Below are positions 49,606 to 62,413 of a stretch of DNA of 64,000 nt, piece by piece (the first letter of the stretch is position 1; every line of letters starts with the position of its first letter). The stretch lies in assembly GCA_965112735.1 (NCBI GenBank), contig OZ218957.1, positions 62,001 to 126,000 of the forward strand, read 5' to 3'. The notes beneath the pieces were generated by a model, which saw only the letters and a program-made list of their open reading frames with translations, did no database searches and was not told the origin of the DNA. Source of the DNA: Phaeosaccion multiseriatum (taxonomy: Eukaryota; Protista; Ochrophyta, other classes). Both the position numbers and the translations under genes were made by a program.

Positions 49606-52338
49606 ATGTCACCTTCTATCGCCCTCTTCCAGGAGGATGGCCCACCCCAGAAGGAGGGGACCCGCGCCCCTTTGGACATGCCTGCGCCGAATGTCACTTC
49701 GACACCCCTTCCCTCTCCGCCCCAGAACACCACCGACGAACGTGTTGCGGCCGTCATTGAGGTGAGAGAGGGCGATGCAACTGAGTATTGACCACCCTGC
49801 GGCTCTGAGCTTACCTCAGTGGCCAGGTTTGGCTGCTGGGGGGGGGGAATGAGAATAAAGATTCACCTGAGGAACGTTACTTAATTTGTGTTTCTCTCCC
49901 TCTCCGCCTCTACGCGTGTACAGGACTGGAACGAGCTCCCGCCGGACGCCAAAAAGGCCTTGGAGAACTACCTGTGAGTTTGCGTCGGCTGTAGGCAGAA
50001 GCAAATAGAAATTGCCACACAAGAGACAGAATGTGGGGCCCTCGAATACGTCAGCGTGCGTGTCGGATCGCAACATCTGCTTGGCGGGGCCCAGCGGAAT
50101 GCGCCGCCTACCCACCTTGCGCTACTCATTGGAGTGAATCCGCCGCGGGCGTGACAGCAGCAGCCGCCGCCGCTGACGGTGGTGTGGCGTTTGCTCGCGC
50201 CGTTTCTGTCTTTGCCCCGCCCACCCTGAGCACCTCGTGTCCCATTTACTAACCCCTACGCACAACACAAGCACTCAAAGAACGCACCCACCCACCCGTC
50301 CTTCTCCTCCTAACACACTTGCGCAGCCTGAGCCAGCGAGAGCAGCAGCAGCCACACGCGGAGGTGCCCCGCTCCGAACCCGGTGTGTCGGATGCTGAGG
50401 CAGCCTCAGAGCTCGCCCTTGCTTCCTGCTCATCCAAGCCGCTCTCCACCTGCCCCGCGGCCTGCCCCGAGGCGCTGGAGAGGGCCCCGGAGAATGTGTT
50501 TGTGTACCGCTGCCCGGAAACGGGCAAACCTCTGGGCTGGCGAAACGTGTTCAGCCACAAAGTCTCGTACGACGTGTGCGTGACGCCGGGCCTGCTTAAC
50601 TTGGACAGTGACGTGCTGGCCACGCACATGCTCCCCGAGGACCTGCTCAACGGCTCCAACCCCCTGAGCAAGGGCAAGCGACGCTTCGTGGTGATCGACA
50701 GCGAGGTGTACAGGCTGTACGGAGAGCGAATGACGGAGTACTTTGAGCACCACGGAGTGGAGGCGGCCTATGTAGTGCTCAAGGGGGAGGAGTGCAACAA
50801 GCGCTGGGAGGCCGTGGACGAGATTCTGGAGCAGCTCTGCGTCTTCGGCCTCATGCGCAGGGAGCCCATCCTCGGAGTCGGGGGCGGCGTGCTGCTTGAC
50901 ATTGTCGGTCTTGCGGCCAATCTCTATCGACGAGGAGTGCCTTACATCCGCGTGCCCACCACCCTCCTGGCCATTGTGGACGCCAGTGTCGGGGTGAAGA
51001 ACGGCGTGGACTGGTGCTGCCGAGCCAAGGGCCCGCAGAAGAACCGCGTGGGGAGCTTTTACGCGCCCGTGGGGGCCTTCCTTGACGCCGGTTTCATCGC
51101 CACGCAGGACGAGCGCAACGTGATCAATGGCCTGGGTGAGATCATGAAGCTCGCTCTGGTCAGGAGCACGGAGCTCTTCGGCCTGCTCGAGACACACGGG
51201 AAGGAGCTCGTGGAGAGCCGCTTCGCCTGCAGGTGTGTGAACGGGGGGGGGGCTGTGGGAGGGAGGGAGGGAGGGTTCACTTTGTGTGCCCAACTTGTGG
51301 GGCTGCTGATGTGGTACTGAAGCAAGCGCCTTCACAGTTTGACTTGACCGACCCAATCCAATCCTTTCCTTTTTCCATTACATGCACCGCAACTACCAAC
51401 ACTTACACAAGTCCTCCTCCTCATTATATTTGTTTTCTCCCCTCTCCCCTCTGCTCTCAAACTCAAACTCAAACACAACAGCGCGGGCGAGCGCGTGGTG
51501 GAGCTGAGCATCCAGATCATGCTGGAGGAGCTCGGCCCCAACCTGTGGGAGGAGCGGCTGGAGAGGTGCGTGGACTATGGACACACATTCTCCAAGATCA
51601 TCGAGATGGCCCCGGGCACCGACGAGATCATGCACGGTGAGGCCGTCAACGTGGACGGCTTCCTGTGTGTGATCCTGGCCAGGAGGAGGGGCATAATCGA
51701 TGACCACATGCAGGCGAGGGTGCTGGCGGCGATGCGGACGTTGGGGCTGCCTACCGTGCACGAGAGCTGCACACTCGACTTTATGCACCAAGGGCTGCTG
51801 GACGCTGTGGAGCACCGCCACGGTACGTTAGCGTGACGTTGCTTGCTTCGTTAACGGGGATTAGTTTACGGGCACTGGCTTTGAGAGTTCGAGACAGTAC
51901 TGGTATTGTGTGTCTGTGCTTTGTCCGCTCCAAAAGGGCCTTTTCTGGCTTTGCCCCTCACCCTCTTCGTCCCTACTCCACGTTTCTTCTCCTATTCCTC
52001 TCCTCTCCTCCTCCTCCTCCTCCTCCTCCTCCTCCTCCTCCTCCTCCTCCTCCTCCTCCTCCTCCTCCTCCTCCTCCTCCTCCTCCTCCTCCTCCTCCTC
52101 CTCCTCCTCCTCCTCCTCCTCCTCCTCCTTCTCCTCCTCCTCTGCCCAACAATCAAACGTGTGTGTGTGTTTCGCCTCTACAGGCCGCCAGCGCATCCCC
52201 CTGATCACAGGCATCGGCAGCAGCGTGTGCGTGAACGACATCACTCGCGAGGAGCTCACAGGCGCTCTGGAGGAGCTTTGGGAGCTTCATCCGAACTTCC
52301 CCAAGGCCCAAGTCTTTGCGGCGGAGTCTCTGGCGTGA
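49606..52338 (+). CDS. EEVS: Sedoheptulose 7-phosphate cyclase, 2-epi-5-epi-valiolone synthase type (exons 49606-49761, 49924-49973, 50327-51232, 51482-51822, 52184-52338)
   Basis: GGGVLLDIVG, YRRGVPYIRVPTTLL, DASVGVKN, KNRVG, GEIMK; EEVS-type MLEELGPNLWE and ERCVDYGH; MHGEAVNVD. Confidence 0.92.
52006..52129. repeat. (CCT)n of about 41 units in the last EEVS intron
   Basis: Directly visible. Confidence 0.95.
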
Positions 52339-52839
52339 AGGGGAAGAGGGGAAGGAGGGATGCCTACGCACACGCACATGCTAGGCACAGCACACTGATG
52401 CCACACTGATGATGACAAGGAATGGGAGTGTTCCTGTTCGGCGCCCTCCATCCCTCTCCCAAACCAAGTCTTGGATTTTCATTAGCATAGCCAGCACGAG
52501 GCATAGGGCCTTGTGCTGCAGCAGCTGGTGATACAGCAGCAGCAGGCGATGGTTGCCAGGCATGGATGGCAGCCCAAAACCAAAGGCAGCAGCAGTTCTC
52601 TTCAGTTACGTTCCTAACCACCGGCCACTAGGAGCCCGGTAGGTGAAACGGTCAAACAGAGGCGTTCCCCAGTCCCTCTCTCAAGGCAGGGGAGAGGAGA
52701 GGAGAGGAGCACCCACCAGAGGAAGGGAGGTTATTTTGCTTGGTTGCTTGCTTGCTTGCCCCGCGGGATGCGGAAGAGCTGTCCTGAATTGTTTTGCCCC
52801 GTTGCTCATATGCAGCGGTGAGCTGTTGTGTATTGTTGC

Positions 52840-52958
52840 GCCCCCTTCTTTGGATGGAAGGGTGAGCTGTAGGGAATAGTGACGCCCCCTTCTTTGGATG
52901 GAAGGGTGAGCTGTAGGGAATAGTGATGCCCCCTTCTTTGGATGGAAGGGTGAGCTGT
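52840..52958. repeat. 44-bp tandem repeat x2.7
   Basis: gcccccttctttggatggaagggtgagctgtagggaatagtgaY at 52840, 52884, 52928. Confidence 0.95.
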
Positions 52959-53169
52959 GGTGCGAGGCCCAGAGACTGGTGAGTCTGGCAGCGTTAGCCC
53001 AAAGACTGGAGAGTCGCTTGATCTCTTGTGAGAAGGAGGAATAGAATAGAATTATTTTTAAGGTATTGAGATTATTTCTGAATGAAGTATCGAAGTCGAA
53101 TGCCGGCATCCTTGCCTCCTGCAACCTCTATCAAGTTCAGTTCTACGGCCCTACAGCCTACATCGTGTG

Positions 53170-53310
53170 GAGGCCTAACAAACTGAAACTCCTGTTCCTT
53201 ACGTAAGGGTGTCTTGTAGCCCAGAGGGCCCTCCCCCCCCCCCCTAAAGTGCCTCTATCGCCGAGTTGAGCAGTTTTGGTTACGCCTCCCAGGTAGGGGT
53301 GGGTAAGGGG
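53170..53310. repeat. Second copy of dispersed repeat at 16773-16928
   Basis: Two conserved sub-blocks separated by a divergent middle. Confidence 0.85.
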
Positions 53311-53777
53311 AGTGCAACAAGACCCTCAGAAACTTTGGTAACAAAACATAAGTGGCACTGCACTACGCCAGTCGCCTTTTAGGTGTCTTGAATCTATTGT
53401 TCCTTCCCCTCTTGCGTAAAAACCATACGGGCTGTTGATTGGAGACTGATGAGGCGTCTTTATTCTTAGCGGAGTGAGTACGAATCAGAAACTGATACTG
53501 TGCACTGTGTCTGGCACTGTCACAGGGGTCGCCCACCTCCCCACTCTCTCTACCACCCATTCCATCCGCTGCCATCCTGCCAAGGTTGATTTCTGTCAGT
53601 ATAAAATTCCCCTGCCATCCATCCCAAAAATATATATAATTTGGGTGTTAATCCCAGTATGTACAATCCTAAAAGCCTTTCTCCCGCAGGGAGTGGTATG
53701 CCGTGGCTGCTGCTTGAAGGCACTGCCTGCCCATATGCCGATATGCCGACCCTGCCCATATGCCTGCCTGCTAGTTG

Positions 53778-54886
53778 TTAACGACCGCCGTCCTCAGAGA
53801 CCGACACTACAGTCCCCTCTGTGCTTTTGCTGCTCGACCTCTCCACCCGGCCACTTCCCCCCCGGGGCGACTGCGGCCCGTGCTTGGCTGCTCCTTCTGG
53901 TGGTCTTGTGGGTAGCATAACTGGAGGGGACGGATTCACGCCGTGCTTCAAGGGGCCTGCAGACTCCACGTCCTCGTCCTGCTGCTGTACCACCAACTGC
54001 TGCTGTTGCTCGTCCTCAGGGGGAGTGTTCTCAGTCTCCGCCCCCCCCCCCCTTAGGAGTTGGTGGTACAGGCACAGCGGCGGCAGCAGCAGGAGCAGCT
54101 GCAGCAGCCGCCCCGCCCTCATCAGTATCATCGTCCTCCCCTCCCTCGCCTGCTGCTGCTGCTGCTCCACCCTCATCGGTGTCATCGTCCTCCCCTCCCT
54201 CGTCCTCTCCCTCCGCTTCCTTGCTGTTCGATAGCGACGGCAGGGAATGGCTGTTGCACGAGTGCTCACGGTCCGCTCGGGGCAGAATGGGGCCAGATAC
54301 TCGACCGCAGGTACGCTTCGTCCGGAACTCTGCCCGGCGCGTACTTGTCCCCTGTGCGGGGGCTGTACTCGTCTCCGGTGCGGGAGTCGCGTGTGTCTGG
54401 CCCCCTTCCACTGGAGGCGGACTACACTCGGGCGCTGGAGTTCCACCATTTCCTTCTTCAACACCCCCTGCATCACCCCCCCCCTCCCGCTTCTGACTCT
54501 TCCCTGTGCACTTTCAGACGCCTCTTTGTTCCAGCTCCTCCCCCCAACCCACTCTTCTCTCGGGCCAATCGCGTTTTCCGCCCCCGAGAAGGGCTTCGCG
54601 CGATTATGGACGGGCTTGACGCCTCGGGGACATGAGGCTGTAAGGTCTTCGTCTCCGCACCGCTGCCACCTAGATTCAATTCGCCAGACTGGTTTTGCCA
54701 GGACCTCATGGCGTACTCGTCGTGATTCACCATCCTGCCCTTCTCGCTGTCATTGACAAAGATGGGGTTTGAGTTGTTCACGCCGCTCGCCTTGGGCGTG
54801 GTCCAGGTATGTTCGTCCTTGACCACCGCCTTTTGGTTCTTCATCATGGCGAGCCGCATAAAAGGGGACATCTCCTCCGTGTCCAT
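53778..54886 (-). pseudogene. Low-complexity intronless ORF broken at two poly-G runs (pseudogene or homopolymer assembly error)
   Basis: ORFs 54473-55027, 54031-54411 and the tail of 53778-54476 switch frame at C9 (54476-54484) and C12 (54041-54052). Confidence 0.4.
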
Positions 54887-57800
54887 GTCTGTCAGCTCTC
54901 TGCGTTCAATGTTTTCTGTCTGTCTGTGTCTCTTGCTTGTCTCTTGTTGTCTTGTCGATAGATTGATCGTCTGTGTCACTCCACCCTTTCCTCTCTTGGT
55001 TTGCCTTGTCAGCAAGTACATATACATTGCATGTTTCCTTTCGCCTGAAGGGGGGCTTCAGAACCGCCCGCAGGGTATTGTCACAGGTGTACATGAAGGG
55101 GCGCCTCTATATCTCAGAACCGCCCGCAGGCTCTATAACAGAAAAAGCGAAACCGTAATGTAGGGGAGGTAATAAGTCAGGGAATAAAACAGAGGGCCCT
55201 TGTATGTCAATTAACCGCCCTGGATGTCAGTAGGACCGAAATTTTCTTGTCATTTTTTTGGATCGGCTGGGGCGCGTGAGGGAGGAGATGAATACTAGAT
55301 ATACGGACTATCCCAGACGAAGCGCTTGCGCAAGCTTGAGGAAAACACTGTGAACTCGGGATTGGGCAGCTGAGAGCGTGCTCGCAGCAGCTTTGTGGCA
55401 AGAACTAGCGGGTGAGCGGCAAAGGTGCGTTTTTCTCCAACCTTGGTTTCGATAGAGAGAGAGGACGGAGGGGGGTATACCCATAGAGATAAGCGGGGTC
55501 CAAGACAGAATCTCTTCTCCAGGAGTATACGAAACTTTTCATATGCAACGCATGCTCTTGCGCCTCCAGCTCGTCGGCAATTTGGCCCCTGAAGTTAGGG
55601 TACTCCACCTTCACAGTTGCATGTCTCTGAGACGTGGATGCTGCTCTGTTCTACCGATTTTCAGGGCCCATCAGGGCGTCATCTGGTCCGCAGGATACGT
55701 CTGACGACTCCCGTACCGCCGCTGTCCATGGGCGGAGGGCAAGAGGTCTATGGCAGGTCGTCGCCCGAGGTGGCCGAAAATGTGAGGGCGCACGAGAGGG
55801 GGAGAGGGCGTGAGATGGAAGGCTTTGCCTGGCAGTTACGAGGGGTCCAAGTGGGATCAACATCACTCATATGTAGCCTGGCTTGCGACAAAGTTTTAGC
55901 TTCAAAGGTCATAATCCCATGTGCAAAATCGCATACGTGTACTCCCCTCTCTTTTGCCTTTGAAGGGCCCTTTCTGTGAGGTCATGAGCGGCCGATCCCA
56001 CGCCCCGTCAGAGCATCGGTCTTGCTTAAGGGGCGTTATACTAACTCCCCTGCCCCCTGTTATTGCGGGACGTGGGTGGTGGGGCTATCGGGGGGACTTC
56101 GACATCTTCCCCCGATGTCACTGCATAGGTGGGGAAGTATGAGGCTGGAGAGGAAAGGGAATGGAACCTTCCCGGCGGAGTCAAGGGCGACACAAGGTGT
56201 GTTGTGGTATCTAGTGTGTGAGCTGTCAGATGTCCAGCTTTCAGCTTCAGCGAGCTTAACAAGACATGGGAAATCACCTCGTGTCCACCTCCCTAATTTT
56301 GGCCCCTTCGGTTAGGTCATCACGAGGGTCATTACCGGGGCAGGAGAACGACTGCGGCGACCATCCTGCCTCTCTTCAGGGAGCGAGAAGGTAAGGAGCA
56401 AGGGGTTTACGAGCGGCAGTGGCCAGACGAGCGGGGGGAAGAGAAAGAGACGTCCAGATAGAAGTCAAGCTTATCCGCCTCGTCGTCCACCCCGGGGGAC
56501 GCCGTTGCTGCACGATCAGCTGCAGCTCGTCTTGGCTACTGCGGATGAGCGTGATTGTATTGAAGCCTACCAGCCACGAGTGAGAGAAGCTCAATCAAGC
56601 AGCAGCTGGACGCGCCATCGGCAGCCGAGGCGGCCATGGGAGCTGAGCCGGAGAAGGGGGGGGGGGGGGGAGGTAGCGTGCTGTTGCTGTGGGTGGTGGT
56701 GCTCGTCGTGGCACATGGTCGAGAAGCGATTGTGACTCTGGGGCGACAGGGCGATGAGCCGCAAGGCCATACTCAAGTCGCTGACCGCTCTGTATGCAGA
56801 GAAAGTGAGGTGGAGGCCGTGGCAGGGGGGTTAGGAGCTACCAGAGGAGGGCTTGGCGGGCTACAGAGACGGATTTCGCAGGTAAGACGGAGCCTCGTGT
56901 AGCATCTATAGTAGTAGTAGCCGTAGCAGCACCGATAAGGGGAGGAGGGGCAGTGTGTGTACAGTTGGAGCTGCCCATCCGTGAAATTGGGTTAAAATGA
57001 CGAATATATACATAGATAGCGTTGTAAATCGCATCCTCGCCAAGGAGAGCATGTAAAGAGTACCAAATCGGCGCATGGTCATGAGGTATAGCCTCGCGTT
57101 GTATCTGGCCCATATCTATCGTCATACCCTCTCTTCCCCCTCGATCGAGGGTCAGGATGACGACGAAAAGGGGCCCTTCACACTTGTAAATTCTCTCCCT
57201 CACTCTGTAGCTCCTGAAAGGACACTTCGAGCTGCCCAGCACTCAGCAGACTATGTATCCCTCAAGTGTTCTCAAGGGTTTCATATCTCGTGGTCTGCTG
57301 GTCGCACACGCTCCTCCCTCTCCTCACCATTTTTGAGGTGAAAACTGCTGCCATAAGTGTTTCCATCTCGCCTCACCCCTTCTGCTCCACAGCACCTGCA
57401 ATCGCACTCTTAGCTGCTCAACGTCGACTTCCATATGTGGGTCGCAGTCTGCTCAAAGCCATTCCTCCCTCATGGGCTCTTGCTCGCACACGCTCTTCCC
57501 CCACTCCCCCCTTGTTTGAGGCCCAAATTCCCGCCAAAGCAACGGACATTTCAGCTCCACATGTTAGCCCACTATCTCCTAAGACCGCGCTCCCAGCTTC
57601 ACATCGGCTATTTGACTACGTAATCCGTATTCAGCCCGAAGATTATCACCTCTTGTGTGAGCTACGCCTCTCTCTTTCTCCCTTGTTCAGGGGCAAAGAT
57701 CTCGTCAACATAGCAGCACATTTCGCCTCCTAAATCGCTCTATACAGACGCAACAATCAGACTTTAAGCTGCTCAACATCTAGAATACTGTCTTTGCCTC

Positions 57801-57950
57801 AGATCTCCCGAAGAGCTTCGCCTGTGGTGCTCTGTAGCGTGCGTAATACCTCTTCTCCTAAACCCCTTTGTTTTCTACATGTACTGACATCCAGGGCGGT
57901 TAATTGACATACAAGGGGGGGCTAAAAGGAGGGGAAAGTGAGGGATAGGG

Positions 57951-60405
57951 ATGGAAGTGTACGACAAGGAGGCCTTCGTCGTCTTGCAGAACGGCGAGAA
58001 GGTAAGTAAGGCCGTTGCGACGGTTCGCATAAGTTTTTTTCATGTATCCTTCCCTCTTATTCCTTGTCTCGCTCGTTGCACCGATGACTTAGATGGAGTC
58101 GGACACGGCAGACGCGGAAGACGCCGTGAGTGATCTGAACGAGCTGTTGCTCCCCTCCGGAGCCCTGCCCTTGGGAGTGGAGCGCTTCTCCGTGTCGTAC
58201 AGTATGGGCCTGCTGGATGGATGGGTCAAGCAGGTAGGGGAGGGGTCTTCCGTGGAAGGGGTGTGCGAGGCAGAGGAAAATATCCATAGACTTGGAAGCT
58301 CGTGCTGCCGTTGCTGTACAACATCTTCGACCCGTCTTTCTTTTCACCACCCTACCCACTCTCGTCTCTCGTGATGGTGCCTCGCCCCCTCACCAGCCCC
58401 TTGATCAATCACCCCCCCCCCTCTTCGTCTCTGTGCTCCCCCACATGCCTTCACACTCGACGCTTCTATGCTGCGCACACCAGCCCTCTCCCTGCTGCGC
58501 CGCCGCTAGTATAGCAGGTGAGGACACCACGACGAGGAGGCGACACCGACGAACAACCAACGCTCGTGCCAACACCTCCCCCCCTTCTCCCCTCCTTCCT
58601 TGATCTCTTCTCCAACCCCCCTCTCCCCTCTCCCACTCTGTTCGACTCTGCTTGTCGCGATTCTCTTGTCCAGGTCCTCGCTACCACTCGCACGAACTAT
58701 ACCTCCCCTCCCCTCCCCTCTCTCTTCACTGACTATGTACATCCCAACCCAATGCCTATCTATATAGGGGCATGGAACGCCCTACTGAAGCGTGGGAGGG
58801 CTGACCCCGGGGGGTTCACGCACCTTACCGTACTGAAGGCTCTCGAGGGCATCCTCGCCAAGCAGGTGCAGGCCAAAAAGAGCAGGTACGGACGTGAGGC
58901 TATGTAAGGAGGAAGGATGGCTCCTTGAGACAGCATCAAGAGTGAGGCACTTTTGTCTTCTCTGCAAAGCCGTGTGAGAATCTAAAGAAAAGTGTGGAGA
59001 GTGAAGAGATTGATTTCGGGTTCATGAAGTGCTCCCTCTCGCCAGTCAGTGCTAATGCCCACACACTACATGTCTTTCTCTCATGGATGGGCTGTGGGGC
59101 AGCGAGCTGGCTACCTCCTCGGGCATTGTATTAGAGGCGTGTGTGGCATCAGATGGATAAGCCTCGCTTGTGCGCCTGCTCCTCCCTCCTCCCACCCACC
59201 CCCCCTTTTCCCTCCCTCCCTCCCTGGCCTTCCAACTCACTCACTCGCTAATTCACTCACTCACTCACTCACTCACTCACTCACCCACCCACTCGCTCTG
59301 CGCCCCTCCCCCCCGCCTCTTGCCGGCGCCCCACCCCCCTCCCCTCAGGTTTGAGCGGCTGCTGGGGGCGAGTCTGGACGAGTTGCTTGAGCTCCTGGAC
59401 GACAAGTTGGCTCAGGAGGGCAAGGTCCTGGGGGGGAGGAAGGAGCGGGCTTGCTCGAGGGCACACTTGCTCAAGCTGGTCAGGCAGATCACTGCTGAGC
59501 GAGCTCTGCATCTGCAGCATGAGGAGGACAAGGCGTCGTCGCCAGAGGAAGGTGCGCAATGTATACGTGTGTTTCCCCCCCTTCCTCTCTCGTGAAGCTG
59601 GGCAGCTTCTTCCCCTCCCTCCCTGCGCTTCTCTTGTGAGTGTCGGGCCGTATTGTTCTACGGCACTGTGGGGCGTGGGCGGTGGGAACTATGACCTTCA
59701 AGAGAGACGTACTTGTCCGTACATTCCCGAAAGAGGAACTCTCTCTCTCTCTGTGCGTGTGTGTATGGGCGCGTCTGCCTCTCTGTCCATCCGTCGTCTT
59801 ATCATTTCCAATCTCCCACCCCCCCCTCCCCCTCCTTCCCTCCTCGCGCTCCCTCTGTTGGGATCGTTGACTGCAGTCCTTGCTTCTTCTGGAGACGTGT
59901 TCAATCGACTTGCAGAGCTGTACGCCGAGGAGGAGGAGGTGGAAGGGGAACAAGGGGGCGACGAGGAGGAGGAGAAGGGGGGAGGGGATGGGGAAGAGGA
60001 CGGAAGGAAGGAGAGAGAGAATGATGAGGCGGATGCTGGCTGTGAACATCCTGGGGGTGGGAAAGCGAGAGGCAAGAGTAGTAAGAGGGGCAAGAGCAGT
60101 GGTGGTAGGAAGAAAAGGGTCACATCGATGCGCCGCTCGGTGGGGAGGAAGGGGCGGCGAGGAAGGGGCGGGGAAGGCGCAGTGTGGGGCCTGTGCCTTG
60201 TACCCGGGGGTGGAGGCAGCGGTACCGGGGGGGGCGGAGGTAGAGGTGGAGAGGGAGAGGGAGGGGGAGGGGGAGAAGATGGAGCAAGGAGCTACGAGCG
60301 AAGAGGGAAGAAGGTCAATGGTGCAGGGGGAGACCCTACGGAGAGGGAGGAGGAGAAGGCGAAGGAGCAGGAGGGGGAGGAGGAGGAGGATGAGGAGGAT
60401 GAGGA

Positions 60406-60436
<31 letters not shown>

Positions 60437-62413
60437 GAGGAGGAGGGGGCGGAAGGGGAGGAGGAGGAGGCACAGATGGGACAGGAGGAAGTGTTGCGCT
60501 TCTTCGTGAGCGGGGGAGTGCAGGTGGAGAGGCAGGGGAAGGGGGGAGGAGGGGACATGATGAAGAGGGAGGGGCGGGGGGAAGGGGAAGGTGAAGGAGA
60601 AGCGGGGAAGAAGGGAAGGAAGGGGAAGGATGAGGACAAGGAAGGGGGGGAGGAGGAGGGACAGGAGAAGCAGGAGGAACAGAAGGAGCAAGAGCAGCAG
60701 GAGAGCCCACAAGAGCACCCTCCTCCTCCTCCTCCTCCTCCTTCCGCAGCAGCAGCAGCAGCAGCAGCAGGAGTTGGTGATACAGTAGCACCCCCGCTGC
60801 CGAAGAGCCGAAAAAGGCCACAGCAGGTGTGGCGCTGGAAGAGTGATCTGATGGACTTGCTCCATAAGAAGGGCGGGTTGTTAAAGGTGACCGCAGAGCG
60901 ACCTTCCACCGCGGCCTTTGGCAACTGGGGCATCATCGCAGGCGTGCAGGTGAGGGGGGGGGGGAGAGAGAGACACTAAGGATTACGTACTTGTGAGTGT
61001 TAGAGGAGCGGGGGGCAGAGAATTCGCGGTTTCAGTTTCAGTTTCAGTTTCAGTTTATGTGACCTTGTCCATATTGCACAACACCATAAGTGGAGTCGAT
61101 ACAGTCGTGCCCTGGCTCTGCTTCCACTCAAAAGTCGTGTGGATGGACTGAAACTGAAAGTGTGGATTGGTCGTTTGGCTGTGATGGCGGCGCGGGGTGT
61201 GGGTGTGTGGGGTAGGGGTGGGGATCGATTGACTGACACCAGGTATTGAACTGCCCGACTGACTGTCTCCGTCATAGCCCGACTGACTCACTTGCCTCAT
61301 TGACTTACTCAGATGCTCATTGACTTACTCAGATGCTGAACGAGCTGCACTCGCGTGACGCGCCCGTGCGCTGCAGACTTTTCATGGGGAAAAAGAGAAG
61401 GGCGGGGGGGATGGATGTAATGCTCAGCAGGAGGGACGGGGACGAGGTAAGTAAGGACACGTACAGGACATACATACGAAGGATTAGAACCCGGGGGAGC
61501 TTCCGCTATCCTCCTCTACATACTTGGGGCTTGTTAGAAGAGTGTGTTGTGTTCATTAGACCAAATAATACATCGATTCGAGAATCGATAGTATCACATG
61601 CTTCTGGGCCAACCTGTGCCTCTTGTGAGGTCCCCCAAGCCGCTTGTCTGATTGTGTCATTGGTTGGCTGTGGTTTGGGAGGGAGGAAAGACGGCGAAGG
61701 CGCTCGAAGTAGCACTTGAGCTCCCCTAATGCGGAAGAAGAATGGGTCTCTCCCTAGTCAGGAAAGGTCACCTTTGGGGGGGGGGGTGCGTCGCTCACAG
61801 ACCCTTTGGAGGAAAGGCCCTGACCTGTGCTCTGCTGCTGTATCACCAACTGCTGCTTGTGTGTGTGCTGCTCCTCTTCATGCCCCTCGAGCAGGAGAAG
61901 GCCCAGCAGTGGGCGGCCCTGCGCAGCGCCTTCAACAGCCCCGACAGCGTGGTGCTGTTCCATCTCAAGAACCACTACGCTCTCGTGTTCGCCCTCCGAG
62001 AGTGGCAGCCGCTGCCCGAGGGGGCGGGGCGGGAGAGCAAAGAGCAGGGGCAAGAGCGGCATTGCATGGGGCAAGGGCCGCAGTCAGGAGAGGAGGAGCA
62101 CCACCCAGAGCAGCCACCAGCAGAGCCGCATCGACAAGAGACAGAGCGAGAGCCGGCGGACCACGACAAGGCGCAGTCACGGTGCCAGGAAGAGGAACAA
62201 GTAGACCAAGAAGAAGGCTTGGACGCACGCTCCAGCCCCAGCAGAACCCCCCCCCCCCAAAAGCCTCCAATGGTGCGGCAGCTCCTCACGGCACGCAAGG
62301 GGCAGCGACCGAGCGCCTGGCTGGACTTTGACGAAGCTCGCGAGACAATGCTGGGCTGGGACGGTTACAAGATGCTGCTCCTCACCCGCCCATCGCCGAT
62401 TCAATCCCTCTAA
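57951..62413 (+). CDS. BIVM-like / C39-like papain-fold protein with long acidic insert (about 8 exons)
   Basis: Spliced WVKQ|PSPCCAAASIA|GAWNAL; PSTAAFGNWG; VLFHLKNHYALVFALREW; QLLTARKGQRPSAWLDF. Exons 57951-58001, 58093-58233, 58484-58517, 58768-58885, 59349-59551, 59877-60949, 61333-61446, 61895-62413. Confidence 0.72.

Noticed and set aside
50327-51822. AroB/DHQS or MAA-pathway DDGS annotation
   Set aside because: Diagnostic motifs match EEVS; no MAA cluster genes seen nearby.
52840-52958. 44-bp repeats as a CRISPR array
   Set aside because: No unique spacers, eukaryotic context, no cas genes.
59489-60936. Long minus-strand Leu/Pro/Ser-rich ORFs
   Set aside because: Antisense of a GAG-rich coding exon.
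61030-61056. (TTTCAG)n hexamer runs in several introns as a regulatory signal
   Set aside because: Indistinguishable from the general microsatellite background.
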